Below, piece by piece: positions 1 through 12,786 of a DNA stretch of 64,000 nucleotides. The DNA comes from Okamejei kenojei (taxonomy: Eukaryota). Under the pieces are notes generated by a model, which saw only the letters and a program-made list of their open reading frames with translations, had not been told where the DNA came from and ran no database searches. A program made the position numbers and the translations under genes. Numbering within the stretch: the first letter of the stretch is position 1; the number at the start of each line of letters is the position of its first letter. The DNA lies in assembly GCA_035221665.1 (NCBI GenBank), contig CM069134.1:25730001-25794000 (forward strand), read 5' to 3'.

Positions 1-1167
1 GGCAACTTGAGGCATCTCCCATGAAACTGCTCTCTTGGTCATGGGCAGGTTGTGTTGTCTGTTTCACTGTACTTAAAAGTATCTGGTAATCATTGAAATT
101 AACTGACACAATTGTCATCTGACATTGCTCACATGCATCAGTCTGTGACCTTTTTATTGCTGGTGATGGAAAGAGGTTTGGTAAATACAGTGTTGAAAGA
201 TTAGTTGGTAGAACTAATTGGATTTTGGCCCTTTCCCCCAAAGCTTCTGAACAGATAAATATAATGTTTGCACAATTCATTTTTTGAACGCTCGTGTGTA
301 TCATCCCTCGGAGTTCTTAAAAACTCGGGATTTGATTTTGGGTTTCTGCAGAAAATGTTGAAAATGTTCAGCAGGTTAGGAAGCAGCATCACTGGTGAAA
401 AGAGCTCTATCTAAATCCTATTGGGAACCTGTTAAACATTGAAACGAGAAAAATATTGCATTTACAAAAATATGACACGGTTACCTCCTGCCTCCCGTTC
501 AGAGAGACATATTTTCGGCTAAGTGGACATTTATTAAAGATTATTTCAAAAATATTTCTGTGTGCTGTATCAGGGAATTGTTCAGGTTTTTCAGGTACAT
601 TGAGGCCTAACTGCCAAATGTACCATTTTCTCATGTGTAAGTAACCAAGAAGACTTATTCTTGTTGGTTGACCAATGTTATGCTGTTTAGTTAAGATATT
701 TTATGCACTTAATATAACAAACATGCCAGTTATAAATATGATACTTCCATGTGCATTTCCTTACCTGTATTTTGGACCTTGAGAAAGGAATTGACTCTAA
801 TGAAGTAATTGAGCATTTCACTTAATCATGGATAATTTTTTGTTCGGTTTATTATTGTCAGGTGTACTGAGATACTGTGAAAATCTTTTATGCTGTAGTG
901 GACTGAGTAGTTCCTGTCAATAGTAGGGCAGTAGACGATAGGCATACCTTCAAAGATCATTTCCTATCAAGTCCACTGCTTTCAACTGGACTAAATCATT
1001 CAAACGTATGTTTAACCCTGAAAAAACTAATTCCAATTATATTTGCATAATTAAACATTAACACGGTAGTTTACTTTAGTAGATCTGATGTTGGCTCATT
1101 TTATTTGAAGCATGTTACAACTTGGTCATAGGTTTTATTTCTGTGCTATATATCATTATTTTTCTAG

Positions 1168-1281
1168 GTGCAGTACAGTGATATGCAGAACGGCAAAGAA
1201 TGTATGACCTACCTGACACTTTCACCTGTGCAAATAACCTTTCATGGCATAGGAAGTTCCATTGAAGCTAGCCGTGATCAG
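1168..1281 (+). CDS. STAU2: Staufen homolog 2 internal exon (middle of dsRBD5), phase 0/0
   Basis: Acceptor tttttctag|GTG and donor CAG|gtaaat; 114 nt, open. Translation VQYSDMQNGKECMTYLTLSPVQITFHGIGSSIEASRDQ resembles the recalled vertebrate STAU2 segment VHYCDRQSGKECVTCLTLAPVQMTFHAIGSSIEASHDQ. Confidence 0.93.
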
Positions 1282-1553
1282 GTAAATGACCAAAAATATC
1301 ATCTATATTGAAGCTGATAACGAATGCTACATTTTTATTTGTTGTATTGTCTAATATGTGTCACTAGACCAAGAGGCAGACTGGCAATCACTAGCACATT
1401 AATTGGCTTAAGGTCGGGCTGCTTGGTTGTTAATGGTGAAATGCTGACCATGATATTTTAAAATCCTTTGCTTGGTTTATCCATGATGTGGCAACTTGTG
1501 ATCTGAGAAAAATACGGTGATTAAATATCAGCAAAGTCTGGTATTTTAGCTTA

Positions 1554-1850
1554 GGGTGGCACGGTGGCGCAGCGGTAGAGTTGCTGCTTTGCTGCGCTTG
1601 CAGCTCCGGAGACCCAGGTTCGATCCCGACTGGTGCTGTCGTTACTGTGTTTGTACGTTCTCCCCGTGACCGCATAGGGTTTCCTCCCACACTCCAAAGA
1701 CGTATAGGTATGTAGGTAAATTTGCTTGATAAATGTAAAAATTGTCCCTAGTGTGTGTAGGATAGTGTTAATATGTGGGGATCGCTGGTCGGTGTGGATC
1801 TGGGGGGCCGAAGGGCCTGTTACTGTGCTACATCTCTAAACTAAACTAAA
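1554..1850 (+). mobile_element. HE1-type tRNA-derived V-SINE, near full length
   Basis: Pol III A box TGGCGCAGCGG, B box GGTTCGATCCC, central gtacgttctccccgtgacc...cctcccacactccaaagac domain, CR1-like tail ggccgaagggcctgtt and (ctaaa)n end. Confidence 0.85.
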
Positions 1851-4261
1851 TTTGAGTCTTCTTCCAGTGCATGGCTAAATGTGAAGGGGAGGTCTCCGTT
1901 GCTTCAGGATTGCTGGCTATCTGCTCCAGGCCACACTGGTTCTTGGAGCACAGTGGTGCTTGGCAGCCCCACACTTTCGCATGTGGAGAGTGACTCATGG
2001 GACTGCTTAGTGGAGGCAACCCGCTGTACTTGGTTAATGTCTGTAACAATGAGTGTGGGCCTTCCAGCCAGGCTTTCACTGTCAAATCTGGCAGAATGGT
2101 TGTGGCCACTGAAAGTTTGTGAATGTCACAAATGTGCAATTAATATCATAGATATATGTTTTAAAAAAACAACAAAACATGAAAAAACAGAATAAATGAA
2201 TAAATAAATATTTAAATATTATGTATATTAAAATATATGCTATTAAATATTAAAGCATCTCCCTTTACATTGTAAAGCTATAAAAGACACATGACATTGA
2301 AATTTAAAGATCAATTGAAATTGTTAAAGCTGACAAATAATGAAATAAGTTTTCCTTTCCCCTTTGAGCCATTGTCTCCTGTTTATTTGAATGGGGACTG
2401 TCAGGTTTAATACCGCACAGGTGCAGGTAAATTTCCAGGCCTAAGTGCTGGGAAATCTGCAGAACATCATGTTGGCCCATTGGCCTCCAGAAGGAAACTA
2501 GAGATGGAGCACAAGCAACAGGGCAGAAATTGCAACCACCAACCTAGACAACACCATTGTTGGAAACCACCGGGTATTCTGCACAGATTCATCGTCAAAT
2601 CCTGACAAAAGCTCAAGTACAGGAGAGAAGATCTGTCCTGTGGTTTTCGACCATCTGAATATTAAATATATACTTTAATAGATACTATTCAAAAACATAA
2701 CCAGTTTAGAATTTCATAGGCATTTGCGTGAAAGTTTACCAAAGAAAAACATTGTTTTTTCAACGCAAAGGTTTAATTTCACCAGAGTTGGAAATATTAG
2801 TAGAAAATGTAACTTAATTGAAATCTTATTATTCCTGAATTAATTACAGCACCATACTACAAAGATAACATCAGTTTCATTCAAGCATTAATGTAGGAGG
2901 ACTAGATTCATTGTTGATCTTTATTGGAGCATGAAATTAACTCCACAGAAGATAGAGTCTACTATGTTCACTTGCTCTGATGCTAAAGCTTCATATACTT
3001 TTGAAGGTTTGTTCATTACCACAAATAGATTTACCATTGTATGTTGTAAATGAGTAACAATTTTCATTATGATGACAAACAATTTGTTAAATATATCTTG
3101 CTTAAGCTAGTGTTGCATGAAAAAGCTAAATTAGTATGAGAAAGAGTGGAAATTGCCCTCATAAAAGATTGCTCCGTTGGCTCCCAAATTCTGTTCCAAT
3201 AAACGAAAGTAGCCATTCATGTCCAGCCATGAGAGAGGACTATAGATTCCTAAATGGGTTCTGGCACTTTTGATTGATTTACCAGAGATCCATTTCCTTC
3301 AGTGAAGTGAATGAGGACAGTTGTTCTTAAAATAGTTGACGGGTTGCCCCTATCCCCTCCCCCAGCAGCATAGCTAACGACTAGCAAAGTTATTCATTAG
3401 TTTGAAACGTTTAAAGAACAGGTTTAAGAATTAGTCTTCTGAGATTAAATCTGTGACTACAGGGGTTGACAATTCCTATGATCGTTGGCCCACACGATCT
3501 CTTGACAGGCAGAAATACCTGCAAGGATTAGTTAAAAAATAAAAAAAATGTTATGTTGCTGTACATTTTCACCATTATTCTACACCGTTTTGTTTAAGAT
3601 AGTTAATCCAGTTTCTTATGGCAAAACATTTTTGCACAACAACTAGTGGATCCAGACATTTAGTTCAAATATAGGACTTGTTGGGGTTGATGAAGTGAAG
3701 ACAAGAAGACCAAATATCTGTAACTGGAAATACATTAATTCATCATTAATTTGTTAATAGTTTATATGGATATTCTACTTCATTATCAGTAATGACACTA
3801 ATTCATGGTAACGGGTACAGTTTATTCCTTACATTAAATGAAATGACCTTTTAAGGTTTGTAAATTTGCTCATTCATCAGATGAGAGGCAATATATTTTA
3901 AGAAATTTTGATACCAATGAATGTTTCTTTTAAATAGTACATTCCAGTTATAGATTCAATAGAAATGTAGTCTGCAAATCTTTGACCTTGTTTGTCATGG
4001 CAAAAACAAAAACCTTTTCAAACTTTCTGTTCTCCTGTTTCATTTTCCCTTTAACAAAGGTCCTTAAGAGGTGGGGTCATGTGATGTGAGCATAACCTAC
4101 TCATAAAGCCTATTATTTTCTGGAACAAAAATGAACCCGCTGTCTTTGTTGCTCTCTTCCCTCTATTTTTTTGGATGTGAGCTGCTAATGATTCTGAAAA
4201 CTGTTTGAGAGAACAGAAAGGAAACTCCTTGTACACTACAATGTCTAATTTTCTCACCTTA

Positions 4262-4430
4262 TCCTTCCTTTTCTCTGTGTCGCCCTCTCCCCAGACTCTC
4301 AGTCTGAAGAAGGGGCCTGACCCAAAACATCACCCATTCCTTGTATCCAGAGATGCGGCCTGTCCCGCTGAGTTACTCCAGCTTTTTGTGTCTATCTTTG
4401 GTATAAACCAGCTTGTGCAGTACTTTTTTA
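4262..4430 (+). mobile_element. Penelope-like element terminal fragment with degenerate hammerhead motif
   Basis: ctcagtCTGAAGAaggggcctgacccAAAACATC followed by the shared ccagagatgc...gctgagttactccagc tail. Confidence 0.7.
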
Positions 4431-6696
4431 TTACACATTCCATATGAACTCATTTGGATCCCAGTCTCCCACTAGCAAAATCACTGGGGGCAAATTTCCC
4501 TCACTCCTTAAAACTCACCTGGGTTCTATTTTCTTTTAAACTTACCAAATTTTGTTTTTTCATCTTCTCTTTGAATTCACCTGGCACTCTGAAAAAAATA
4601 TCATACAATTTGTGTGCATTTAAAAAAATGTATTACAAGTTGGCTGGGGTATTGACAGGAGTAATATACAATAGTCCAGCTCCACTAAAATCCCAAGGTT
4701 ACAGAAATATCGGAGTCTTAATGTACTCCTTTGTGAGTGACTGAAGTGTCGCAATGGTAATTGGGTTTTGTCATAATCACTGACTGCAAAACAGTGGATC
4801 CCACACACAACACTGACATTTTTCACTGTTGTTTTTACTTTAATCTATTCACTATTCACTCACAACCCCCCATCTCAAAGCTGAAATAAAATTAGGAAGC
4901 AATACCCATGTTGAACATCAGTTTACAATGAGAGTTACACAGTAATGTATATTTGCAATAACAGTCAACAGCACTTCAGTACTTTTCTCTCATCATAATA
5001 CAGTAACAAGCACTAATTTTCAAATCACAAAAAGGCATAGTTATAAAGATATCTTCAGTGGAAGCAACAGAGCAAGTTTGGTTCACGGACCATTGACACC
5101 TGTTTATTAACTGGACAGTCACTGACAGTTCTGATTCATGACTGAGTGACTGCTGGACTGGTCTTCAAATGAATCCTGTGGTGAGCTTTCTACCGCCTAC
5201 TGGATGCAGATTGTTTGAAGTTTCTTTTAAACATTTCTAAGACATTAGTGCAGCAGGACACCTCCGATGGGGTCCTTAATGTCACCAAGACAGCAGCTGT
5301 TGAAATCTTTTCACTCTGGAATGAGCTGTCTGTTGAAAAAAAGGTATATTCCAGTTAAAGAAATGCCCAGTATATTCCTTAACATTACTTTAGGAAGACA
5401 AAACCAAAACAAAGTTTGTGCAAGAGTGACAATACAAGTTATTTTTTTAAGTTGTGCACAGATCATTAGTTCCACAGTTCTCAATTATAAAATAAACTTG
5501 TGTATGCCATTTAAGGATTATCATTTGGAGGCACTGTAAACACCATTAGTATCGGAAGATCAGAAGAACTATCAGGTACTCCAGCGTTATGAACACTAAT
5601 TAATTTCAATTTTGAGGGAAGCTTGCAATTCAGAAATTTGAATCTATGCGTGCAAGTTTGGGGAAGTATTTGAAAATTCTTTAGTTTGTTAACGGTAAAT
5701 ATTTAATCGTATCATCAAAGCTGTGTCTTCTCAACAGTTTCAAACATTCAAAGCGGATGTAATTAGTTGGCAATTGAAGCAGTTTTATTCTGGATTTACA
5801 ACAAAAAGCGTTAGGAATTTGTTATTCCTAGCCGGTTCCCCTTGCCAGCAAAATGTAGTCAGTTGTGTAATTTTTACATCGCGATTAAAATTTGTTGTGA
5901 CGCTCCGTGAGTTAGCTGCTGACATTCAATGTGAATTGATATGCAATTTAGTTGAAACCAGCTTTGCTAGCTTTTTAATTCATTTTGAAGGATGTTTATG
6001 AACTTAATTTCTAAACCGTTAGTAATATCTCAATTTTAATTTTGTGTTGGATCATTTTTAAGAGTAATTACTCTCAGCTGAAGTTTCCCCACAGATTTTC
6101 TGAAGATACCACAAGTGAGCTTAAACATCATTGGTGATATTAATAAGGGAACCTGTCCAGTACTTTCCATAAGGACCTGCCAAAAGGTTAAGCATCTGCT
6201 TTTGATGGCATATGTAGTTCTGATGGTCACACTACATTTCGGCAAAAGCAATTTGGGTGAGGCATGCTCTCTTGACCGTAGAGAGCCATGCTTCTGCCCC
6301 CACAAGAGACTATGGGCCAGTCCTCCGAGAGAAAGCAATGCTCTAGTCAACTGAGTATCACAAATCGGCCAACTTTGGGATTGCTGGCATTTGTCACACA
6401 TGTTTGAACACTTGAATGCAGAGAACAAATCGCTTGGGTTATGTGTGCCACTTTTCTGAATAATTTTTACAAAGATTGCCTTGAAGTTTTCTGTGCTTTA
6501 TGGCAAGCAAGTTCATTTCCTTAAACTTTCAATATAATTTTGACTGTGTTTATATTGGAACTGAAAACAATAACAACCTAATCTATTCCAATCTGGTGGA
6601 ATGTAATTTATGGTGGCTGGAAGTTTGCATGTTGGTTTATAAGCACTTCAGAGAAGAGTTCTCTTGGTTCATGTTGGAAACACAAGACCTTTACAT

Positions 6697-6795
6697 CTGA
6701 AGAAGGGTCACGACCCGAAACATCACCTATTCCTTCTCTCCAGAGATTCTGTCTGTCCCGCTGAGTTACTCCAGTTTTTTTGTGTCTATCTTCTT
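6697..6795 (+). mobile_element. Penelope-like terminal fragment with hammerhead motif
   Basis: CTGAAGAagggtcacgacccGAAACATC plus the shared tail. Confidence 0.7.
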
Positions 6796-7329
6796 TAATG
6801 AGCTTTGTCTTGAGTTCATGAAGTTCCAACTCTGAGAGACAATTAACCAGAAAGGAATATCACTCATTGAATATTTAAGTATTGTGTGATAATAGGTAGT
6901 GAAGTTTGCAGGCCGTTGCCTGCTCTTCTTGCAGACTGCATTTAGGGAGGGAAGGCAAACAAAAGTTGGCTACTGGTCAGCCAGAAATGTAGAGTGACCG
7001 CATGGCACAAGACTTGAGTGCATGGCTTGTGCATTCTTGTGGGCTGCGTCCATCCAATAAAAGCCATGGGGTCGCATGTTTTGTTATGGAGCAAATGGTG
7101 ACGCAGTTATATAGTATTTTTGTTACCTGGATCACTGTGGAAAAGTTCCACTATACTTGGCAGAGCCATTAAGAATCATAACCGCGTGTTGTATGCTACT
7201 CAGCCTTGCCATTAGCTATCTGACAAGTAACTGCAGTTTAGGAACAGGAGGAAGAGACAAAACCATCTCAGTGATCTCTTGCTTGTTCATGCGGTCAATG
7301 AATGACTTCTCTGACTGTGATACCAGTAA

Positions 7330-8987
7330 GTTAGTTTAGTTTAGTTTATTGTCACGTGTACCGAGGTACAGTGAAAAGCTTTTGTTGCATGCTAACCAGT
7401 CAGCAGAAAGACAAAACATGATTACAATCGTGGCATCCACAGTGTGCAGATACATGATAAAGGGAATAACATGGACAACGTTTGATGCTTGATAAATTAC
7501 AGTAAAGTCCAATCAAAGATAGTCTGAGGGTCTCCAATGACGTAGATAGTAGTTCAGGACTGCTCTCCAGTTGTGATGGGATGCTTCAGTTGCCTAATAA
7601 TAGCTGGGAAGAAACTGTCCCTGAATCTGGAGGTGTGCGTTTACCTTTTACCTGATGGGAGAGGGGAAAAGAGGGAGTGGCCAGGGCGCGACTCATCCGC
7701 AATTACCCTGCTGGCCTTGCTGAGACTGCGTGAGCTATAAATGGAGTCAATAGAAGGGAGGTTGGTTTGTGTGATGGCCTGGGCTGCGTCCACGATTTTC
7801 TGCAATTTCTTCCGGTCTTAGATGGAGCTGCTCCCAAACCATGCTGCGATGCATCCCGATAAAATGCTTTTTATTGCACATCTATAGAAGTTGGTGAGCG
7901 ATGTTGGGGACATGCCGAACCTCGTAAGCCTTCTAAGGAAGTAGAGGCGTTGGTGTGCTTTCTTGGCCATTGCTTCAATATGAATGAATGAATGAATGAA
8001 TGAATGAATGAATGAATGAATGAATGAATAAGTGAATGAATGAATGGATGGTCCAGGAGAAGTTGTTGCTGACATTTACTCCTAGGAATTTTAAGCTTTC
8101 AACGTCTCAACTTTTTGTGCCGTCAATGCAAACTGGGGTATGTGTACCGCTTCACTTCCTGAAGTCGATCACTATGTCCTTTTCCTTGCTATCATTGAGA
8201 GAAAGGTTGTTGTCTCGACACTAGGACACGAGGTTCTTGATCTCCTTCCTGCACTCCGTCTCTTCATTATTTGATATCCATCCCACAATAGTGGTGTCAT
8301 CTGTGAATTTGTAAATTGCATTAAGTTTGTACATGGCTGCACTGTCGTGGATGTACAAGAAGTAAAGAAGGGGGCTGAGGACACATCCTTGCGGACCACC
8401 AGAGATGAGGATTATCGTAGAGGATGATTTGTCCTTGCAGACCACCAGAGATGAGGATTATCGTAGGGGATGATTTGTCCCCTATCCTCACTGATTGGGG
8501 TCTGTTGGTCAGGAAGTCAAGGATCCAGTTGCAGAGATGAATGCTGACCAAGTCCGGTGAGTTTGGTGATGAGCGTGGATGGTATAATGGTGATAAAGGT
8601 AGGGCTGTAGTCTATGAATAGGAGTCTGACGTAGGTGTCTCTCTTCTCTCGGCGTTCCAGGATTGAGCGTATGGCGAGGGCGATGGCATCGTCCATGGAC
8701 CTGTGGTGGTAGGCAAACTGCAGTGGGTTAGGGCTGCTTGGTAGACTGGATTTAATGGGCTCCATAACTAGCCTCTCAAATCATTTCATGGTGGTGGATG
8801 TCAAGGGCACTAGACGATAGTCGTTTAAGCATGTGATCTTGCTTTTCTTCAACACCGGGAGTATGGTGGTGTTCTTGAAGCAGGTGGGTACCTCAGAATG
8901 GAGTAGGGAGTGATTAAAGATGTCCGTGAACACTCCCACTAGCTGGTCCGTGCAGCTACGAAGGACATGGCCAGGAACTCCATCTGA
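7330..8987 (-). mobile_element. Rex1/Babar-like LINE, 5'-truncated degenerate RT plus 3' UTR
   Basis: Minus-strand ORF pieces [44 protein letters not shown]; tail gtgacaataaactaaac on the minus strand. Confidence 0.85.
7981..8046. repeat. (TGAA)n microsatellite inside the Rex1-like LINE
   Basis: Direct run of tgaa units with one interruption. Confidence 0.95.
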
Positions 8988-8989
8988 GC

Positions 8990-9092
8990 GGAAGATAGAC
9001 CTAAAATGCTGGAGAAACTCTGCCGGACAGGCAGCATCTCTGGATAGAAGGAATGGGTGACGTTTCGGGTTGAGACCCTTCTTCAGACTGAA
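8990..9092 (-). mobile_element. Penelope-like terminal fragment, hammerhead core intact (9059-9086)
   Basis: Reverse complement reads CTGAAGAagggtctcaacccGAAACGTC. Confidence 0.75.
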
Positions 9093-9434
9093 GAACTTCC
9101 TACTCCATCTGGGCCTCCTTTGGCATCCTCATTTGGCATGGACAGCAGCCAAAGACCAAAGGTGGAGATGAGTGTGCAGGAGCTGGACAATAGCTCGAGA
9201 ACTATGTATACATGCTCCATAGAACACGATCTCACCCCGTGGATGATGCCTTAGCAATACTATTGGAAGCAATACTATTACAAATCCCCAGCAAAAGCAG
9301 CTTGTGCTATCTTGCACAATGGAGAACTGGCACCGGTGCTAACGTGGCTCCTGCCGTTACTGCAGGGCATTTTTGTCCTGTCTCTCTAAGTATTTTTTGG
9401 CAATGGCATAGAATCTTATGAGCTGTGACGTGTG

Positions 9435-10015
9435 TTGTTACAAAACATTGGATAGGCCACATCTGAAGTGTTGTACGCAGTTCTGATGGTCACACTATAC
9501 AAAGATGCAATTGTGGTGGAGACAATTAAGAGGATATTCACCAGGATGTTGTCTGGATCACAGCATTTTGTTTAGATAGGGAGATACAGCGCAGAAACAG
9601 GCCCTTCGCCCCACTGAGTCTGGGCCGATCAGCAATCCCTCTACATTAACACTATCCTACACACACTACGGACAATTTACAATTTTAGCAAGCCAATTAA
9701 CCTACAAGCCTATACATCTTTGGAGTGTAGGAGGAAACTGGAGCTCCCGGGGACAACACCCACAGTCATGATCGAACCCAGGTCTCTGGCTCTTTAAGGC
9801 AGCAAATTTGCCCCAGATTCTACATTCTCTAGGGTTAATTTAAAATGCTCATTTAACCTACCAACCCACTTGTCTTTGGGATGTGGGAGGAAAATCATGT
9901 AGCCACAGAAAAAAACATACCAACTCCATACAGAGCATCGGAGGTCAGGATTGAACTTGGGTCACTCGAAGATGTGAGGCAGCAGTTCAATTAGCTGCGC
10001 CAACATGTTGCCCCT
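9435..10015. mobile_element. Short CR1 fragment (+, ~9435-9565) followed by two partial HE1-type SINEs (-, ~9570-10015)
   Basis: CR1-like aaaacattggataggccacatctg...ttcaccaggatgttg; reverse SINE tail gatacagcgcagaaacaggcccttc and B-box remnant gatcgaaccc. Confidence 0.7.
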
Positions 10016-11189
10016 GTTACAATTTATTTTGTCCTTGAACAGACCTTCTGAAAAAACTCATGGATTTGTCAACTTTTGAAAAAGAAAACATTTTAGATAT
10101 TTCAGAGAGAAAACACCACTAGGGCCCATGTCCAAAGAATGATTTTTGAAATGAAAACTTTGGTTAAAGTTGTTTAGGATTGAAAACCTTTTATTAATTA
10201 TTTTCCTTTCCTTGTGTTCTAGTGCCGAGACAAATGTACTCGTACTTCTGCTCTGGCTGTGATCAGCTAAACCTTATGAAGTTAGTATATTTGTACTGTG
10301 GACCTTTTCCTGCTGTTCTGGCTGCAACGCCCCCTTCCTTTGTTTTCCTTAGCCTTACAAAGGGGTCCTCCTGTCGGTGTTCAATCAGATCTGACAAAGG
10401 CTTTCTGTCTGAAATGTCCAACCGCTTTTTCCTTTTCAAATGTTGACAGACCTCCTGTGTATTTTCAGCATTATTTGTTTATATTCGGAAGAAAAGGTAC
10501 AATTAGATTGCAATGAGAGGATTTCTGATTTTTTTTTTTAAACTGTTAAGCTGGAAGAGAATATCAACTGTGTAAAATAAAACCTTGGTTGAATGTTGGA
10601 GGTGCACCTTAACATAATAAGGTTATTACTTCATCTGGGATTGAGTCTTTAGCTTACAAGTGGCATTCCAACCTCTCAAATCGAGGGTAGAGAAATTGAA
10701 CTAGACTCCAGGTGGTTCTTGTGACTTGTGACTGGATCTCCAACTCTTAATTCTGACATTCAGCAAGCTATTGAGTATTGGTTGATGAGAGTCGTCGTTC
10801 CCCCCTCCCCTCCCCAATTGTGTTGGCTTCAAGAGCACCAAATGTTCTCATGTTGGATGGAACTAATAATCCACTCAACTGTTATTAAAGATTATTTGAA
10901 AGTCCATCCATTTTATTCCAAGGGAAGAGTGAAAAGATACAAAGAAGAATGCTCAATAATTACATGTCATGCCAGAAATAGTTTTAACTTAACATTTTCC
11001 AATGGAAAACGTAAATAGAGAGCAATTTTTTGTGTTGACACTGTTATCGCACTCACTTATTACAATGCAAGTCTATGCGAGCAGTGTTCAAATTGTGCAT
11101 TACCGGGGAAGTCATTTTATTTGAATTTATCTGGCAGCCTTGAGTCGCATCGATATGTTGAAAGGCTGAATGAAACTCCAATTTTCTAA

Positions 11190-11370
11190 AACATAGACAT
11201 AGACATAGAAATTAGGTGCAGGAGTAGGCCATTCAGCCCTTCGAGCCTGCACCGCCATTCAATATGATCATGGCTGATCATCCAACTCAGTATCCCGTAC
11301 CTGCCTTCTCTCCATACCCTCTGATCCCCTTAGCCACAAGGGCCACATCCAACTCACTCTTAAATATAGC
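11190..11370 (-). mobile_element. CR1 LINE 3' end
   Basis: ggtgcaggagtaggccattcagcccttcgagcc is the reverse complement of the CR1 tail seen at ~51080-51115. Confidence 0.75.
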
Positions 11371-12786
11371 AAATAAAAGTCATTGAGTTAGGTGAACTTG
11401 TGAACAGAGCCCACAATTAGCATTGATCCTATGCTTGGAAACAAATTCTTGATGGCAATGTTATTTTAACCTCAGACTTACCAACAGCAAGTTGACTTGG
11501 AGGTTTCATTGAGCTGTATTCTAAAGATTTTATTTTGCTTTTAAAACTTTTAACCTCAAGACCATCACCATCAAAGAAGCACGAAGGAGAGAGAATGGAA
11601 GGGATCAGGGCAGCCAAAGGATAATATTTCAGGGAGAACCTTATCACAAAGATCAATAGAATGAAAGCTCTTAAATTAACATAATTAATATTAGAAAAGA
11701 ACTTGGGGTTACAATGGACGTTGAATAAAGAGAAAAAATAATAATTTTGCTTGATCGCTCCATTCTAAGAGACCTATAAATCTGAACTTGCTCCAATCCA
11801 TCATTACTAATAAAGGAATTCTGGCTTCACTACATTTTTGTATCATGTTAGTGGCCTGTAACTAATTAATGACCCTGAAACCATAGATCTCTTCGCATTG
11901 GACATATTTTTATTACTGGTTTGGCAAATAGAACCAGGATAAATTATTATTTTTTCCCCCATATTTTTCATTTTCAAATAAAGCAGAAATACATAATGAA
12001 TGGATTATGTTGCTAATATAGATCAGTCTGAACTCTACTCTAGAGTTAAACATTCCTTACAGGATGATTTTGTATAAATTAAGGGTCAGATTTCAGTGCG
12101 AGGCACGGCATTTCACAGCACCCATTTGTCAATTTGATGGCACCTCCAAGAGGTTGCATTAGCTTTTCTTTGAAGATGAGGGAAATTTTATGCAAGTCAT
12201 TCACTGTCATTTAGACTTGGACCCCACTCTCTTTTGCCAAGGATCTTCTAATAATACCAGGTAATGTCATGATACAATAATTCACAGAAAGCATATGACA
12301 ACTGTTTAAGCAATTGCTCCTTACATAAAATTGTTCAACACACTGAAAATAAAGGAGATTAGCACAAATTAGTCTAGAATTTCTTTTGAGCTTTTACAGC
12401 GAACAAAGATCTAAAATAATCAAGTTTCCCCCTTTGCAAATATTGTCCACTCTAAGAAAAGACTTGGTTTCATGTTTCAAATAGTGATTTAATCAGGATA
12501 TTTTCAGCTATTTGATAAAAGGAACAAAGCTTGTGTAAATTAGTGATTTTAGTAGTTAAACCAGCAAAACAGCACACCAACTTGTGCTAATTTATTTGAT
12601 GCCTTGCATGTAATTGTGTTTCTGTTAAGAAAAGAGCTATTGGCAGAATTCAAAGGTTATTACAATGTAACGCTGAAATACTTAAAAATCTATCTTCTGA
12701 TTATTGATTAGTATTTTCCTGAATTTATATAGTTTGTTGTCTTTGTATCACTGTGAAACTAACTGCACGGATGTTAATCTAAAATA

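Noticed and set aside
1554-1635. tRNA-like A/B boxes
   Set aside because: Head of an HE1-type SINE, repeated many times in the window; no complete cloverleaf.
2421-2426. 6-nt microexon cacag|GTGCAG|gtaaat
   Set aside because: No adjacent polypyrimidine tract, and it would merely add VQ; chance match likely.
6036-6428. 130-aa minus-strand ORF in unique sequence
   Set aside because: Non-ATG start, no recognisable domain or splice context; length is compatible with chance.
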